From assembly GCF_001194135.2 (NCBI RefSeq), contig NC_068983.1:79256963-79320962 (forward strand): 64,000 nt of DNA. The letters are read 5' to 3'. The number at the start of each line of letters is the position of its first letter. The first letter of the stretch is position 1. The notes beneath the pieces were generated by a model. The model was not told where the DNA came from. It searched no databases and worked only from the letters and a program-made list of their open reading frames with translations. This DNA comes from Octopus bimaculoides (lineage: Eukaryota). Below, in pieces: positions 1-12,157 of this stretch. The translations under genes and the position numbers were made by a program.

Positions 1-182
1 GCCATGCTGGAGCACCGCCTTTAGTCAAGCTAATCGACCCCAGGACTTATTCTTTGTAAGCCTAGTACTTATTCTATTGGTCTCTTTTGCCGAACCGTTA
101 TGTTATGGGGACGTAAACACACCAGCATCAGTTGTCAAGCGATGTTGGGGGGACAAACACAGACACACAAACACACACACAC

Positions 183-226
<44 letters not shown>

Positions 227-385
227 GAAGGGCTTCTTTCAGTTTCCGTCTACCAAATCCACTCACAAGGCTTTGGTTGGCCCGAGGCTATAGTAGAAGA
301 CACTTGCCCAAGGTGCCACACAGTGGGACTGAACCCGGTACCATGTGGTTGGTAAGCAAGCTACTTACCACACAGCCACTCCTGC
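1..385 (-). mobile_element. tRNA-derived SINE, family A (internal TA/CA microsatellite), cut by window edge
   Basis: The minus strand reads a head 'gcaggagtggctgtgtggtaagtagcttgc...gggttcagtccc' with A/B-box-like motifs. The same body recurs more than 15 times in the window, e.g. 19584-19992 on +. Confidence 0.85.
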
Positions 386-685
386 TTCAGCCATGCAGGG
401 AAACCACCTTGAAGGGTTTAGCCAAATAAATCAACTCCTGTACTTCCTTTTCTTGTTATGTTTAATACCTTTCTGTTTTCTTTTTCCAAAACTGCTAATT
501 ATGGGAATATAAATAAACCAACACCTGTTGTCACACACATCATCTCCCCACCCAAACACACATGTGATAGGCTTTAGTTGGCCTGGTGCTATAATGGAAG
601 ACACTTGCTCAAGTGCCACACAATGGGACTGAACCTAAGATCACATGGTTGGGAAGTGAACTTCTCAATCACACAGCCATGCCTC
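386..685 (-). mobile_element. Degenerate second family A SINE
   Basis: It shares 'gaagacacttgctcaagtgccacacaatgggactgaacc...cacacagccatgcc' with the adjacent copy. Confidence 0.65.
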
Positions 686-1804
686 ACACCTAAAATACAA
701 AAAACAATTAAATCTCTAATATTAGTAGTTTTGTTTGAAAGCTACATGTTCAACAGTTCTGTAATCCAAGATGATTTTATTGCAAGTAGAGCATTTTCAA
801 AGTTGAAACTGATACTTATTTTTTTGCACATGTTTTTTTTATATAAAATTTTATATATTTTATAACAACTTTAATATTACAATTTGTTATAAAGAAGAAT
901 AACCATCTTTGTGAAATAAGAGATAATAGTAATTATTAGATGAAACAATAACTTGATCAAATTAGTAGCAGTAAAAACAAAAAAAAACTGTAAGTCTAAT
1001 AGGTTTAGATGAAAAAAATGTCTAACTCAGATAAAAATATAAAAGAATTGTACAGCAAAGATATATTTTTAAAACAACTATCAAAATAACAAAGCAAATA
1101 ATTCAAAAAGGAAGGAATTTAATAATCAAAATGTTTGGCACTAATTTGCTATTCTTCCTTTTTTCAAAAACTAACATTGTTTATGGATGATGCCAACAGT
1201 GAAAAAAACTGTATTTCAAAAAGTTATTATGCAACTTGTAATGTCAGGCATTTAAAAATAAAATGGCTAGAGGAACAAAAGGTACAATGTGTAATGTCAA
1301 TAATTAACAAAAAACTTTTTGAAAACAGTATTGGAAATTAAAGGCCTTAAGAACATAAGACATTTCCATTGCCTAGCTTTGGTACCTGTCTGTAAATTTT
1401 AACTCTCGCACAAAAAGAGAGAAGTAGAGACAATAATGTATCTATTGATTCTCAATACATTCTGTTAGATTCAAAAATGATTATCTAATTGTAATTTGTT
1501 TTTCATCATTGGAAAGCCTCTCTCTCTCTTTAGATAATGTGTGTTCGTAACATGTGATTCACCAATGTAAAGGGGTTTTAAAACATTGCTGTTTTGACTG
1601 TATTGTGTGTCTTCTCAGTCAAAGCTACTCTAGGTCTAACAAGAGTACAGGTTCTTGCCTATAGAAATCAGCAAATAATTTGCTGATGTCTCTCAAACAG
1701 ATCATAATTCATGAAGTGCTTACAAAATTGAGAACCCAAACAATTGCATGTTTATAACGTATTTATTCATTCTCAATATGTTCTAACAAATTCAAATGTG
1801 AATG

Positions 1805-1963
1805 ACTGCAAGCATAAGTGTATGATAAGTTTGCTTCCCAACTGGGTTTAATGTAGCTATGTGGCACCTTGGGCAAGTTTTTTCTGCTAAAGACTCTGGT
1901 CAATCAAAAGCTTGTGAGTAGACAAGTTTTGGGTACACAAAAACTGAAAGAAGCCTGTCGTGT

Positions 1964-1995
<32 letters not shown>

Positions 1996-2240
1996 TCATG
2001 TGTTATTGACTCCTTGCCTAAACAAGGCAAGATAAACATAAATGAATGTCTCAGTCATGCAAGTAGGATCCTTCTTTCTCAATCTTTTGTGAAATGTATT
2101 TGGTTATGGGTGTAATTATTACCTTACTTAGAAACAGGTGAGGATTTATGGCATGAAGGGCATTGTCAGAAAAAAAATCTGCCTCAACAAGATCCTATCC
2201 AACCTGTGTAAATATTGAAAAGCGGACTTTAAAAATGATG
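1805..2240 (+). mobile_element. Family A SINE with alternative 3' body
   Basis: Head 'tttgcttcccaac...ggcaccttgggcaag', then a (TG)n tract and a tail also seen at 35725-36160. Confidence 0.65.
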
Positions 2241-2889
2241 GTGTTGAATGATTGGTGATTGCTGTTGTTTTTTTTTTTTGCTATTGGAGAACATCACATT
2301 TTCCACAATGCAATTCACCATTAAAAAAAGGATATTGAAACACTGGTATTTCAAACTTTGTGTTTATATTGTTATCAAATAGATTAAATTATGGTGAGTT
2401 TATTTAGCATTTAACTTGGATGCTTCACTGAATTAAAAATTAAAAAAATTATGAGAAAGTAATTCTAGAAAACTGTATATCAATGTTAAAATGACATGTC
2501 TGAAATACAAAGGAAATGAATATCTGGCAAAATTACCAAAACAAGTTATGACACTGTGTGTATGTGTTTAGATATGTATGAATGAGTGTGTGTATAAAAA
2601 TGTATGTATGTGTATGTATAAACCTACATATATATAATTATAAATATACATCCGCACTATATATATATATTCATAAATATTTGCGTATGCAATTGTGTAC
2701 ATGTATGTATGTGCATTCATATGCATGTTTGCATATGAATATATGTGTATATATGTATATACAAGTGTGTGCGTCTGTGTGTGAATGCAAAATATATATA
2801 CTGTTAAACTTAGACATATTGGTTTTTTGTGCTCATGTTGATTGAGTTTGACTTCTTTGTATAGATTTTTTTTGTGAGATGCAGCATTT

Positions 2890-3590
2890 TATAAACTGAA
2901 GTAGTTGCAAATTTGTCTTTTAGGCAATATATAACAATATTCCTCAGAGTTTTTGCAGCCTGGCTGAAATATTTGAAATTTCAGTTGTACTTGTTCAGCA
3001 AGTGGCTTGGCCTGAGACTTATTTGGAAACTGAAGCAATATTGCTGTGCTAGTTATTGAATGTAATACTTTCTTGTACTACCTGAGTAACTACATAGATG
3101 ACTAGCAGTTACTTTACCTTTCAAAAAACTATCCCTGATCGTCCAACTACTTTCCTTGCCTTCTTAGCCCTAATTACATTTTCAAATATATTTCTGCCAA
3201 CTTTAATAACTGGTCACTCTGTTGGGTCTTCATGGAGTAGTCCTCCATTCTCTCATACTGCTTCCTCACTCAGCTACCTCTCATTTGCAACATTTCCAAA
3301 CCTCTTCTCAACATCACTGACACCAAGTGCACTGCTGTCATTCCATACACCCTTTTACCTCAGCAATCTCCTGATTCATACTGACACACATTTTTGCAAT
3401 ATGGAATAGCTCGTGCTCTGAACCTTTCATTAGCAAACCCTTACTTTATTTCTCTAACCCTTATTCTGTCATCTAGCTTTTCTTTTAGCTATCTGCTATT
3501 GTTTTCCATTCCTCTTTTTCTTTCAGTCTTTCCAAGCCTGACTCTTGCTGCAAGCATTTCAATATGTGTAGTGAAAGGTCTATTTTAATA
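2890..3590 (-). mobile_element. Decayed RTE-clade LINE ORF fragment (region between APE and RT)
   Basis: The minus translation 'LSEEAV*ENGGLLHEDPTE*PVIKVGRNIFENVIRAKKARKVVGRSGIVFE' followed by 'FSQAAKTLRNIV' resembles the RTE 'MKxGKAPGPSGIxxE ... NYRGIKLLxQxMKxxERI' segment. It has several stops. Confidence 0.55.
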
Positions 3591-4152
3591 TGCTAAACAG
3601 ATTTAAGTTTAGATATTTAAAATATAAATTCTCTGATAAAGGCAATATTTTTTTGCTTTCATCATTGGATATTTTTTTTTTAATAAATCCTTTACATATA
3701 GAATATTTCTTGCTGTTCTGAGGAGTTTAATTTCAGCATTGATGTTACCATGTTTGTCATGTGAGTTGATTTTGTATTGTATTCATGCTAATTGTTCTGA
3801 GTTCTTCTTGTAAAGTTTGTATTTTTTTTAACAATCTAAAATGTGATTGAATACAGATGTTATTTGTTTCTTCTGTTAACTTTACAGCTTCATTTCATAT
3901 ATAGTTAAATATTTTGAATTATATTCAGTTTGGTTGCCAGTGTGGACAGCTCCTAGAAATGGAGTTGCATAACTTAGCTCAAATGTATGCTGCTATTGGA
4001 AATGCATTTGTTAAGATAAATTTAACTGCCTTGCTGAAAGCACTTTGATAGTATAACAAATGATCTATTTTAATATGCTACTTAGATACAAACTTAGATG
4101 TTTAAAATATCAATACGCTGGCAGAAGCAAATTGACTTCTTTGTAAATCTTG

Positions 4153-4157
<5 letters not shown>

Positions 4158-4208
<51 letters not shown>

Positions 4209-4363
4209 TATATGTATATATGTATGTATATGCATGTGTATATATGTATGTATATGCATGTATACATACATATGTATATACATGTATGTATGTATATATG
4301 CATGTACATATATATATATATATATATATACATGTACATATATTTATTTATGTGTATATAGAG

Positions 4364-4409
<46 letters not shown>

Positions 4410-4410
4410 T
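4158..4410. repeat. Compound (CA)n/(TA)n/(TATG)n microsatellite
   Basis: Directly visible. It explains ORFs 4094-4473. Confidence 0.95.
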
Positions 4411-4698
4411 CATCATCATCATCATCATCGTTTAACGTCCGCTTTCCATGCTAGCATGGGTTGGACGACTTGACTGAGGACTGGTAGAGCCCGAAGGCTA
4501 CACTAAGCTCCAATCTGATTTGGCAGTTTCTACAACTGGATGCCCTTCCTAACGCCAACCACTCCGAGAGTGTAGTAGGTGCTTTTACGTGTCACCCGCA
4601 TGAAGGCCAGTCAGGCGATACTGGCAACGGCCACACTCAAAATGGTGTATTTTATGTGCCACCCGCACAAGAGCCAGTCCAGGGGCACTGGCAACGAT
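4408..4698 (-). mobile_element. SINE family C ((GAT)n tail, internal 'ggcacgtaaaagcac'-type subrepeats), inserted in (TA)n
   Basis: 'catcatcatcgtttaacgtccgctttccatgctagcatgggttggacg' is the reverse complement of the tail of the + copies at 24950-25232 and 38378-38990. Confidence 0.8.
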
Positions 4699-7079
4699 AT
4701 ATATATAGTTAGAGAGAACGTTTTATATGCAGATCTTAATATTTGATTGTGTTTTCAAAAGTGTCAGAATAGTTATTATTGTTTTATATAAAAATAAATA
4801 TTGAATAAAAAAACGATTTTTATGCAAAAGGTATAATCAAATATTTATCATAAAAAATTCAACAGTTACTTAGAAATTTCATCAGAAGTTGGTCATTTAA
4901 ACTATAATCATATTGAACAACCTACATTTGTTGAAACATCAAAGCATCAACCCTTTTATAATTTGAATTTACAGATTTTGAATTATGCTTTGTGAGTATT
5001 ATATAATAGTTTTGAGTTCTTTCTGTAAAATCTCTGTATGGTTTTCTTCCTTAGTTATCTGATCCAAATCTTTGAGAAAGATTGATTGCTAGTAGATTTA
5101 TAATGGACCCTAACTGATAATAAATTTTTGGTCTGCTTGTGGTTCTGAAAATATTTTAAACTTTTCATTACCAATCAACTTATTGCATTTTAAGTTGATA
5201 AAGATCTCACAATCATAGGGGAGTTTTTTAAATATAATTTTAAAATGCAACCTATTCTATATTTAATATTCTCTTCAAAAGATTATTAAAATGACTCTTT
5301 ATGATATCTTCCTACTAAATAACTTGAAATACCAAATATTTTAAAATTTAGAAGTTATTTTCTGTCAATTTTGTTTCATTTATGCCTTTTTGGTCATTTT
5401 AGATTTCTCTAAATTTATCGAATATTACCTGCTCATGCAATATTTATTATTTGAAATTTTCATCTTGTTCTGAAAATAAAATCTGAATGAAATTCACATC
5501 AAACCATTTGTTCTAAAATTGAGAACTGTCTATTCACTCTGAAATCATTAAAACACTAAAAACTGTGCTATTTTCTTTTTTATATGCTTATTTCTGCAAC
5601 ATGTTTTAGTAATTATATTTCTATATACTTTGCATAAAGCTAGTGTGAAATGCAAAATGAAGAAGAAATTTACTTAGAATTTGCTGTTGTTACTTCTGTG
5701 TAGACATAAATAAAATCTATCTTTAGGCTACAGTGTTGGAAGATAAGGAACACTGAAATTTTATTGTGCATGTATTTGTTTATGAATATACTCATGTGCT
5801 TGCATAGAAAAAAATGTGGATAGGTAGATTTATAAACATTAAAGGCTTTTATCTCTCTAGATTAAAAATAAGATACTATCTTCTTGAGCAAACTGAATAG
5901 GTTTTGGGAAAAAATAAGTTTCTCTTTTCTTCTATGGCCTTGGCAGTGTAGTCCAGAGCAACACATTCCAAATAATTTAGTTACATTATGTATTATAACA
6001 GTTTCAAATTACCGACTTTCTATTAAGTGATTGCCAATTCATGTGTTGTCTGTGTAATGATGAAATACTGATAAATATATTTTGAAGTAAGTTTTATAAT
6101 ATACATCTGGTTTAGAAAAGCTGATATTATTAAAACTCTGTTCTTTGCACTTATTACCTTGACAATAAAAAAAATATCTTGAATATTTTAATAATTTTGC
6201 CTCTGGGCAAAGTTCAAACTCTGTTTGCCTCAATTCACTTAACTGACAGTTATTACTACTTCTCTTTGACTGAACAATTTAATTTTAGGAAGTGTGTAAA
6301 ATGATTCTGAATATGAAAATAGCTAATATTAAAAAGGAAAAAACAACTCATTACTGCTAGCAAATATAGATGGTGGAAAACAGCAAAAATAATCATAAAT
6401 TAAGAAGTAAATAATGAATTACTTCAATCTTGAATCAAAATTTGCACAATTTCTTCGTCAGTCTTGATATTTAAATAATTGTACTGATATTCATTATCCA
6501 TGAAGAAATTTTCAAATCATAAACAATTTATTCAGTAGTGAATTAACCCAAAACTATTTGAATGAATTAAAAGTTTAATTTTCTCTTTTTAAATATTGAC
6601 CAAGCAATTAAAAAAAAAAAAAACTCAGAAGAATCTGTTATTCTTTTTGTCTTTCACTTTTAAATTAATATTTATCATTATTTATTTATAATATTCACTT
6701 GACACTCATAGTCCTGGCAATGATATTACACAAGGCAAATTTGAGTGGTTGACTGCCAATATTGTATGATTGCACAGGCAGCTTGCCATAAAGTGTCAAT
6801 AAAGCAAAGGTTCTTGGTATTGCTTTATTCCAGATATTTAATATAACTTGTTGTGATAAGAGATTCGATCTTGTTGATTGAGACTTGAATGTTTTCTAGA
6901 AGAAATAAATTCTTAAGATTTGTACAACAGTTGGTATGAGAGAATTACATAATTTCACCATTTCTCTTCATAGAATTTCTCATGCAGATGTGTTAATCTT
7001 TTGCAACTAATCCATCAAAGACTTCCATGGTTTCTATGATACAAAAGCAATTTGTTACACAATATTAATTTAAAATTTC

Positions 7080-7280
7080 AGCTCAAGACCAGCAATTTGG
7101 GAGGGGGGGAGGAGTAAGTTGATTACATTGACCTCAGTGTTCAACTGGTACTTATTGTATCGACCCTGAAAGGATGAAAGGCAAAGTCGATCTCGGTGGA
7201 ATTTGAACTTAGAACAGATGAAACGCTGCTAAGCCTTTTACCTGGTGAGCTAACAATTCTGTCAGCTTGTCGCCCAATTC
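7080..7280 (-). mobile_element. SINE family B
   Basis: Reverse complement of the family core 'gttcaaattcc..gaggtcgactttgcctttcatcctttcggggtcgataaattaagtaccag', which recurs about 14 times. Confidence 0.75.
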
Positions 7281-7594
7281 GTTATAAGATATTGAAATTA
7301 AGCCATAGCTTTTCATTACAACTTAATGTTAGAATCATTATCATTCAAGTTTCCCATGCTGGCATGAACTGGAGTCTTTATTTGAATTATGTTCATCAAC
7401 ATCATTTTATGTCTGCTTTCTATGCTGGCATGGGTTGGATGTTTGACAGAGTCCAATGGGTTGGAAAGCTTGGTCTTGCTCCAATGCTTTTGAATTTATT
7501 GATGGAAATATAGCAAAATGAAACCCAAAGAGACTATTTTCAGTACCACAGTACTGGCAGAATTTTTAGCCCATCCCAGCAAAATGTTTAACAG

Positions 7595-7760
7595 CATTTT
7601 GTCCATCTTAACAAATTCTGCCAAGGTCGACTTTGCCTTTCATCCTTTCAGGGTTGATAAAATAAGTACCAGATGAGAAACGGGCTCAATGTAATCAACT
7701 TACCCCACCCCGCAAAAATTGATTGTGTTGTGCCAGAATTTGAAAGCAATATTTATAAGA
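7595..7760 (+). mobile_element. SINE family B, 5'-truncated
   Basis: 'aaattctgccaaggtcgactttgcctttcatcctttcagggttgataaaataagtaccag'. Confidence 0.75.
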
Positions 7761-8003
7761 TAGATTCAAAAGTCAGAAGGGAATTAAAGAGGTAATAATT
7801 CTTTTGTTCTATAAATTTTTATATAAACCTGCCTGGAAGGAATTTTCATGAAATATATGTAAACCAGATTAACTCCCAGTTTAGTTCTATTTACCCTCTG
7901 GCAACTTTTTGAAAGTAAATGTACCTGTACTTTGTTTTGTTCAGTAACTTGAGTTTTCATTTGTGCAATAATGAAACAACTGACAATTAGGAAATTTAAA
8001 ATA

Positions 8004-10358
8004 CAGTGATACCTAGCAGTAAGAATTTAATTCTTTCCATGACCAAGCTTGTTTTATGATTTATTTGTTTTACAAATCATTTTTCCCCCATTGAAATTAA
8101 TTAACATATAATTTATCCATTCCACCCCTGAAAAACCACCCCAAAATCATTTTTTATAGGTTTTAAAACAGAAAAGGTGCAGTTACAAGGAAAATGACAA
8201 TTATAAAAACATAATAAAAGAGAATGCAAAAGAAATATGTCAACTGGTTTTATTAATTTAATTACCTTAAAGATGGGATGATTTGTGCGTGAAGAAGATG
8301 ATGGAGGAGGGAGGAGGAGGATTATTGTATGAAAGGAGAATCTCCTTCCATTAAGACTTCAGGAAAAACAATTTCTGGCATTTTCTCTCACTTCGCTTAA
8401 TTTAGGCTTTTTGGACATACTTTCTTCACTTTTCTCACTTGCAGATCATTTCATTAGAGACATATCAAGAGAAGTCTGCTTTTTTCTGCCTTTCAAAATA
8501 TTACGAAAATGAGCCAGAGCAGTGTCATGACTTGTAGATACTTTTTCAAGATGATATTTTTCTACAAACTTGGGAACATACTGCCACTTTGCCAACACTG
8601 CCTTTATGTCACTCGTAGAGACAGCCTTCTCTGCTACACTGTCCTCCTCCAGGGAACCATTCTCTTCCACTGCATCTGAATGCTGTTGCTCCTGAAGCTG
8701 CAGGAGTTCATCTGTCATCAGCTCCTCTGATTGTTCCTTGACAAGATTGTTAATGCCCTCATTGTCAACCTTGAGGCCCATGGACTTGCCAAGAGACACT
8801 GTCTCCTTGACTACAAGTGTTTTAGACTCAAACCTTTAAATTCTCTTTTTGATATGCAGTCAGGCCATAGTTTCCTCCATGCAGAATTCAGAGTTCTCCT
8901 CATCACACACTGCCAGGCCGTATTGATGATTTTCAGGAAGTTAATGTTGTTGTGCTCTTTCCAAAACTCACAAAGGGTTAGATTTGTAGTTTCAGTGACT
9001 TCAAAGCACCAACAAAACAGGTGTTTAGTGTACAATTTCTAAACATTAGAAATCACCTGTTGATTCACAGGCTGCAAGATCGGGGTGGTGTTGTGTGAAA
9101 AATACAGAACTTTTATGAATTTAAATTCATTCTGGATATCATCTTCGAGGTTAGGAGTGTGAGCAGGAGCATTTTTGAGGATGAGGAGGGCCTTGGAAAG
9201 ATCATTCTCCAGTGAAGAGTTGTCTGGTGACCCAGGCTTTAACGTTTGCACTTCAGATGAACTGCAGCTTCTCCTTCAGGATTTTGTGCAGCTTGAATGC
9301 TCATGGGTTTTCAGAATGGTAGATAAAGTGTGGTTTAATCTTCAGGTCACCACTTGCATTAGCACAAAGGGCTAGAGTTAGCCTTTATTTCAAAGGCTTA
9401 TAACCTGGCATTATCTTCTCCTCTGCAGTCTTGTAGGTTTTTCTGGGCATTTTTTCCCCCCAAGAAATGCCAGTTTCATCACAGTTGAATATATGACGTA
9501 CAATGTACCCCTTGGATGCAATGAGCTGATGGAATTCAAACACAAAAATCTTCAGCTGCCTTCATGTCAGAACATGCGGCATCTCCATACCTGATGATGC
9601 TATAAACACCAGTTCTCTTCTTGAAATTATTGAACCAGCCATGACTGACCTTAAATGCATCTACTGATGTCTCCTCCGTCAATATTCAAGGGTTTTGCTT
9701 CAGGAGATCCCCATACAGCACTTCTTTTTTGCAGATCTTGTTCTCCATAATCGTATCCCCTGTGAGTTGCTTCTCATTGATCTACAGGAGAAGCAATTTT
9801 TCCATCTCCTTGTGGACAGATTTGCATTGCTCAGAGAGCCTGGAGACACCCTTTGCTGTTGTAATGGCCTTGGTCTCATCCTTTTTCTCATCCTTTTTCT
9901 TCAGGATGGTGCAGATCTTTGATGTGTTTTGGTCATATTGACGTGCTATGTCCACTATATGCTCTCTTCTCTCATGTTTATCAATGATTTCCTTCTTCAG
10001 TTCTAGTGTAATCAGCTTTTTCTTCTTCTCAACACTGTCCTTTGCACTAACCATCTTAGGACCCATGGCTAACACAACTAATTATTTTAAAATAATAGCA
10101 AAAAGCACACAAAACTAAAAAAAAAACACTGGGTAAAACACAAGGATACTGCCACAAGATAAACTCATGAACTGAGGAAGCAGAGGCTGCACTTATTGGG
10201 AGAGCATGTGTGAGCTCAGCACCATCTAGTGGTTGCTTGTAAAAACTCACTCATACTGCAGATTTCTACTTGTACTTCAAGACAAAATTTTGCACGAGCC
10301 TCAGCTCGTACATCAAATTACTTGTACAATGGTGCACTCAGGCTGCAAGGTTCTACTG
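8004..10358 (-). mobile_element. Full-length decayed Tigger/pogo (Tc1/mariner superfamily) DNA transposon
   Basis: Ends are TA|CAGTGATACCT... and ...GGTTCTACTG|TA (TA TSD with imperfect TIRs). Frameshifted ORF pieces give the CENP-B-type HTH 'KKKKLITLELKKEIIDKHER' (9782-10075), the DDE_1 region 'TTPILQPVNQQVISN', 'LNSAWRKLWP', and the C-terminus 'HFRNILKGRKKQTSLD' (8446-8799). Confidence 0.93.
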
Positions 10359-10389
10359 TACAAACAAAGTTTAAATAATTCTTTCTGTT

Positions 10390-10810
10390 ATAGGCACACA
10401 GCCTGGAATTTTGGGGGAGGGGTCTAGTCAATTATATCAACCCCAGTGCTTAACTGGTACTTATTGACCACAAAAGGATGAAAGGCAAAATTGACTTCGG
10501 TGGAATTTGAACTTAGAACATGACAACAGATAAAATGCTGCTAAGCATCTTGCCTGGCATGCTAACAATTCTATCAGTTTCAATTACTTTCAAATACTCC
10601 TTTCTACTACAGGCACAACGCCTGACATTTTGGTGGAGGGCACTAGTCAATTACATCGACCCCAGTGTTTCATTGGTACTTAATTTATCAACCCTGAAAG
10701 GATGAAAGACAAAGTTGTCCTCGGTGGAATTTGAACTGAGAATGTAAAGACAGACAAAATGCTGCTGAGCATTTTGGCCAGCATTTTAGCGATTCTGCTA
10801 GCTCAGCACC
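10390..10810 (-). mobile_element. Two tandem family B SINEs
   Basis: Two successive reverse-complement copies of the family B core, each with 'gatgaaag.caaa.ttg.c.tcggtggaatttgaact'. Confidence 0.8.
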
Positions 10811-10846
<36 letters not shown>

Positions 10847-10861
10847 TTTTTATGCAATAAG

Positions 10862-11362
10862 ATTGTCATGCTTCTGATCTTTACCAATTGAAGTGTTATC
10901 ATGAATATGCATTTTTTTCATGGAAAAGATGCACTACTCCAAATATTCTGCTCAATATCACAGATTTACTTGTCAGTTGCTTGAACTTAACCATTTGAAC
11001 ATATCTCCCAGTGGCTGCTTATATGTCCATCACTGATCACGTGCAGGGGTAGTGGTTGGGGGCACCACAGCCATGTGTTGGGAGCATTCTTTATGGTTTT
11101 AATAATTCACCCCTAGAAACTATGGTCGTTCATCATCCTTAAACAACACTTATTCAGGGACCTTTTAAGCAAGATGAGCTACAGAACATAAAGAAATTCT
11201 AACTGCACTCCACCTGCTAGGTCATGCAGTCTTTATCTTGATATGAGGTCACCGTGCAATACAGATATAGTTGAACTGCGTGTGCTTGTTGGGCTTTGTA
11301 CCTTTATACTCCATAGTCACTTTGATGGCATGTGCTGCTGTCTAGCACAATATTAATAATAA
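10862..11362 (+). mobile_element. SINE family F body and 3' end with (AAT)n-like tail
   Basis: Homologous to the minus-strand segment 14531-14890 ('atggcttctgatct...aaatattctgc.caata.cacagattt.cttgtcagttg'). It continues to 'gtcactttgatggcatg...aataataat'. Confidence 0.7.
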
Positions 11363-11984
11363 TATTACTCTTTCAAATAATAACAATTAAAATAGTGTTA
11401 GTTTACTTATTTGTGTACTGACGATGAACAGATACCAGAACTGTAAACAATCTTCTGAACTAGACAACTCCATTAGAAACAACACAGTAATTAAGATGTA
11501 TATAATAACAATAATTAAATCCAATGTGGTTAGAAAGAAAAATATTAGTATTTTCTCACAAAATAAGCATACTTCAAATTTCCTCAAGTTATATTTTTGA
11601 TAATGATGCAGAAAGGAAAAAAAAAACTAAGTACATATGAATCCAGACTTGCAAATTACCTGGATAGATAAAATTAACCCCAGTGGGAAAATCTGAGGAA
11701 TCTATTATGAATTTGCTGAGTATTTGAAATCTCTAGTGTAAACATATGCAGGACATTCCCAAAAGCATATAAAATAAATATATCTATTTAGAACTAAAAT
11801 GAATTAGGAAAATGATATTGTATGTTAGTAAACAAGAGTACTAAATGTCATAGTTGTACAGTAGTTAAAGATCTATAAGGTATGCATGATCTGATCTATG
11901 TTAAACTGCCTGGACAATGCAATACTCACATAGTACTGCATTAATCCCATGAACTGAAATCTCAGAGCATCATTTAATGCAGAT

Positions 11985-12157
11985 AAGCTAGGAGAATCGT
12001 TAACATGCTGGGCAAAACGGTTAGTGGTGTTTCACTTATCTGCATGTTCTTTATTGGGGTCAATAAAGTGAGTGCCAGTGAAACACTGTGATCGATGTAA
12101 TCGACTAGTCCCCTCCTCCAAATTTCAGGACTTGTGCCTGAAAGGATTATTATTATT
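11985..12157 (+). mobile_element. Internally deleted family B SINE ending in (ATT)n
   Basis: Head 'agctaggagaatcgttaacatgctgggcaaaacggttag' and tail 'cttgtgcctgaaaggattattattatt'. Confidence 0.7.

Noticed and set aside
3941-4060. Open frame 'FGCQCGQLLEMELHNLAQMYAAIGNAFVK' after a weak acceptor
   Set aside because: Weak splice signals, no recognisable homology and no partner exons.
6700-7060. Possible hAT-like 'VVQILRIYF' remnant on minus
   Set aside because: Similarity is too weak and there are no termini to support it.
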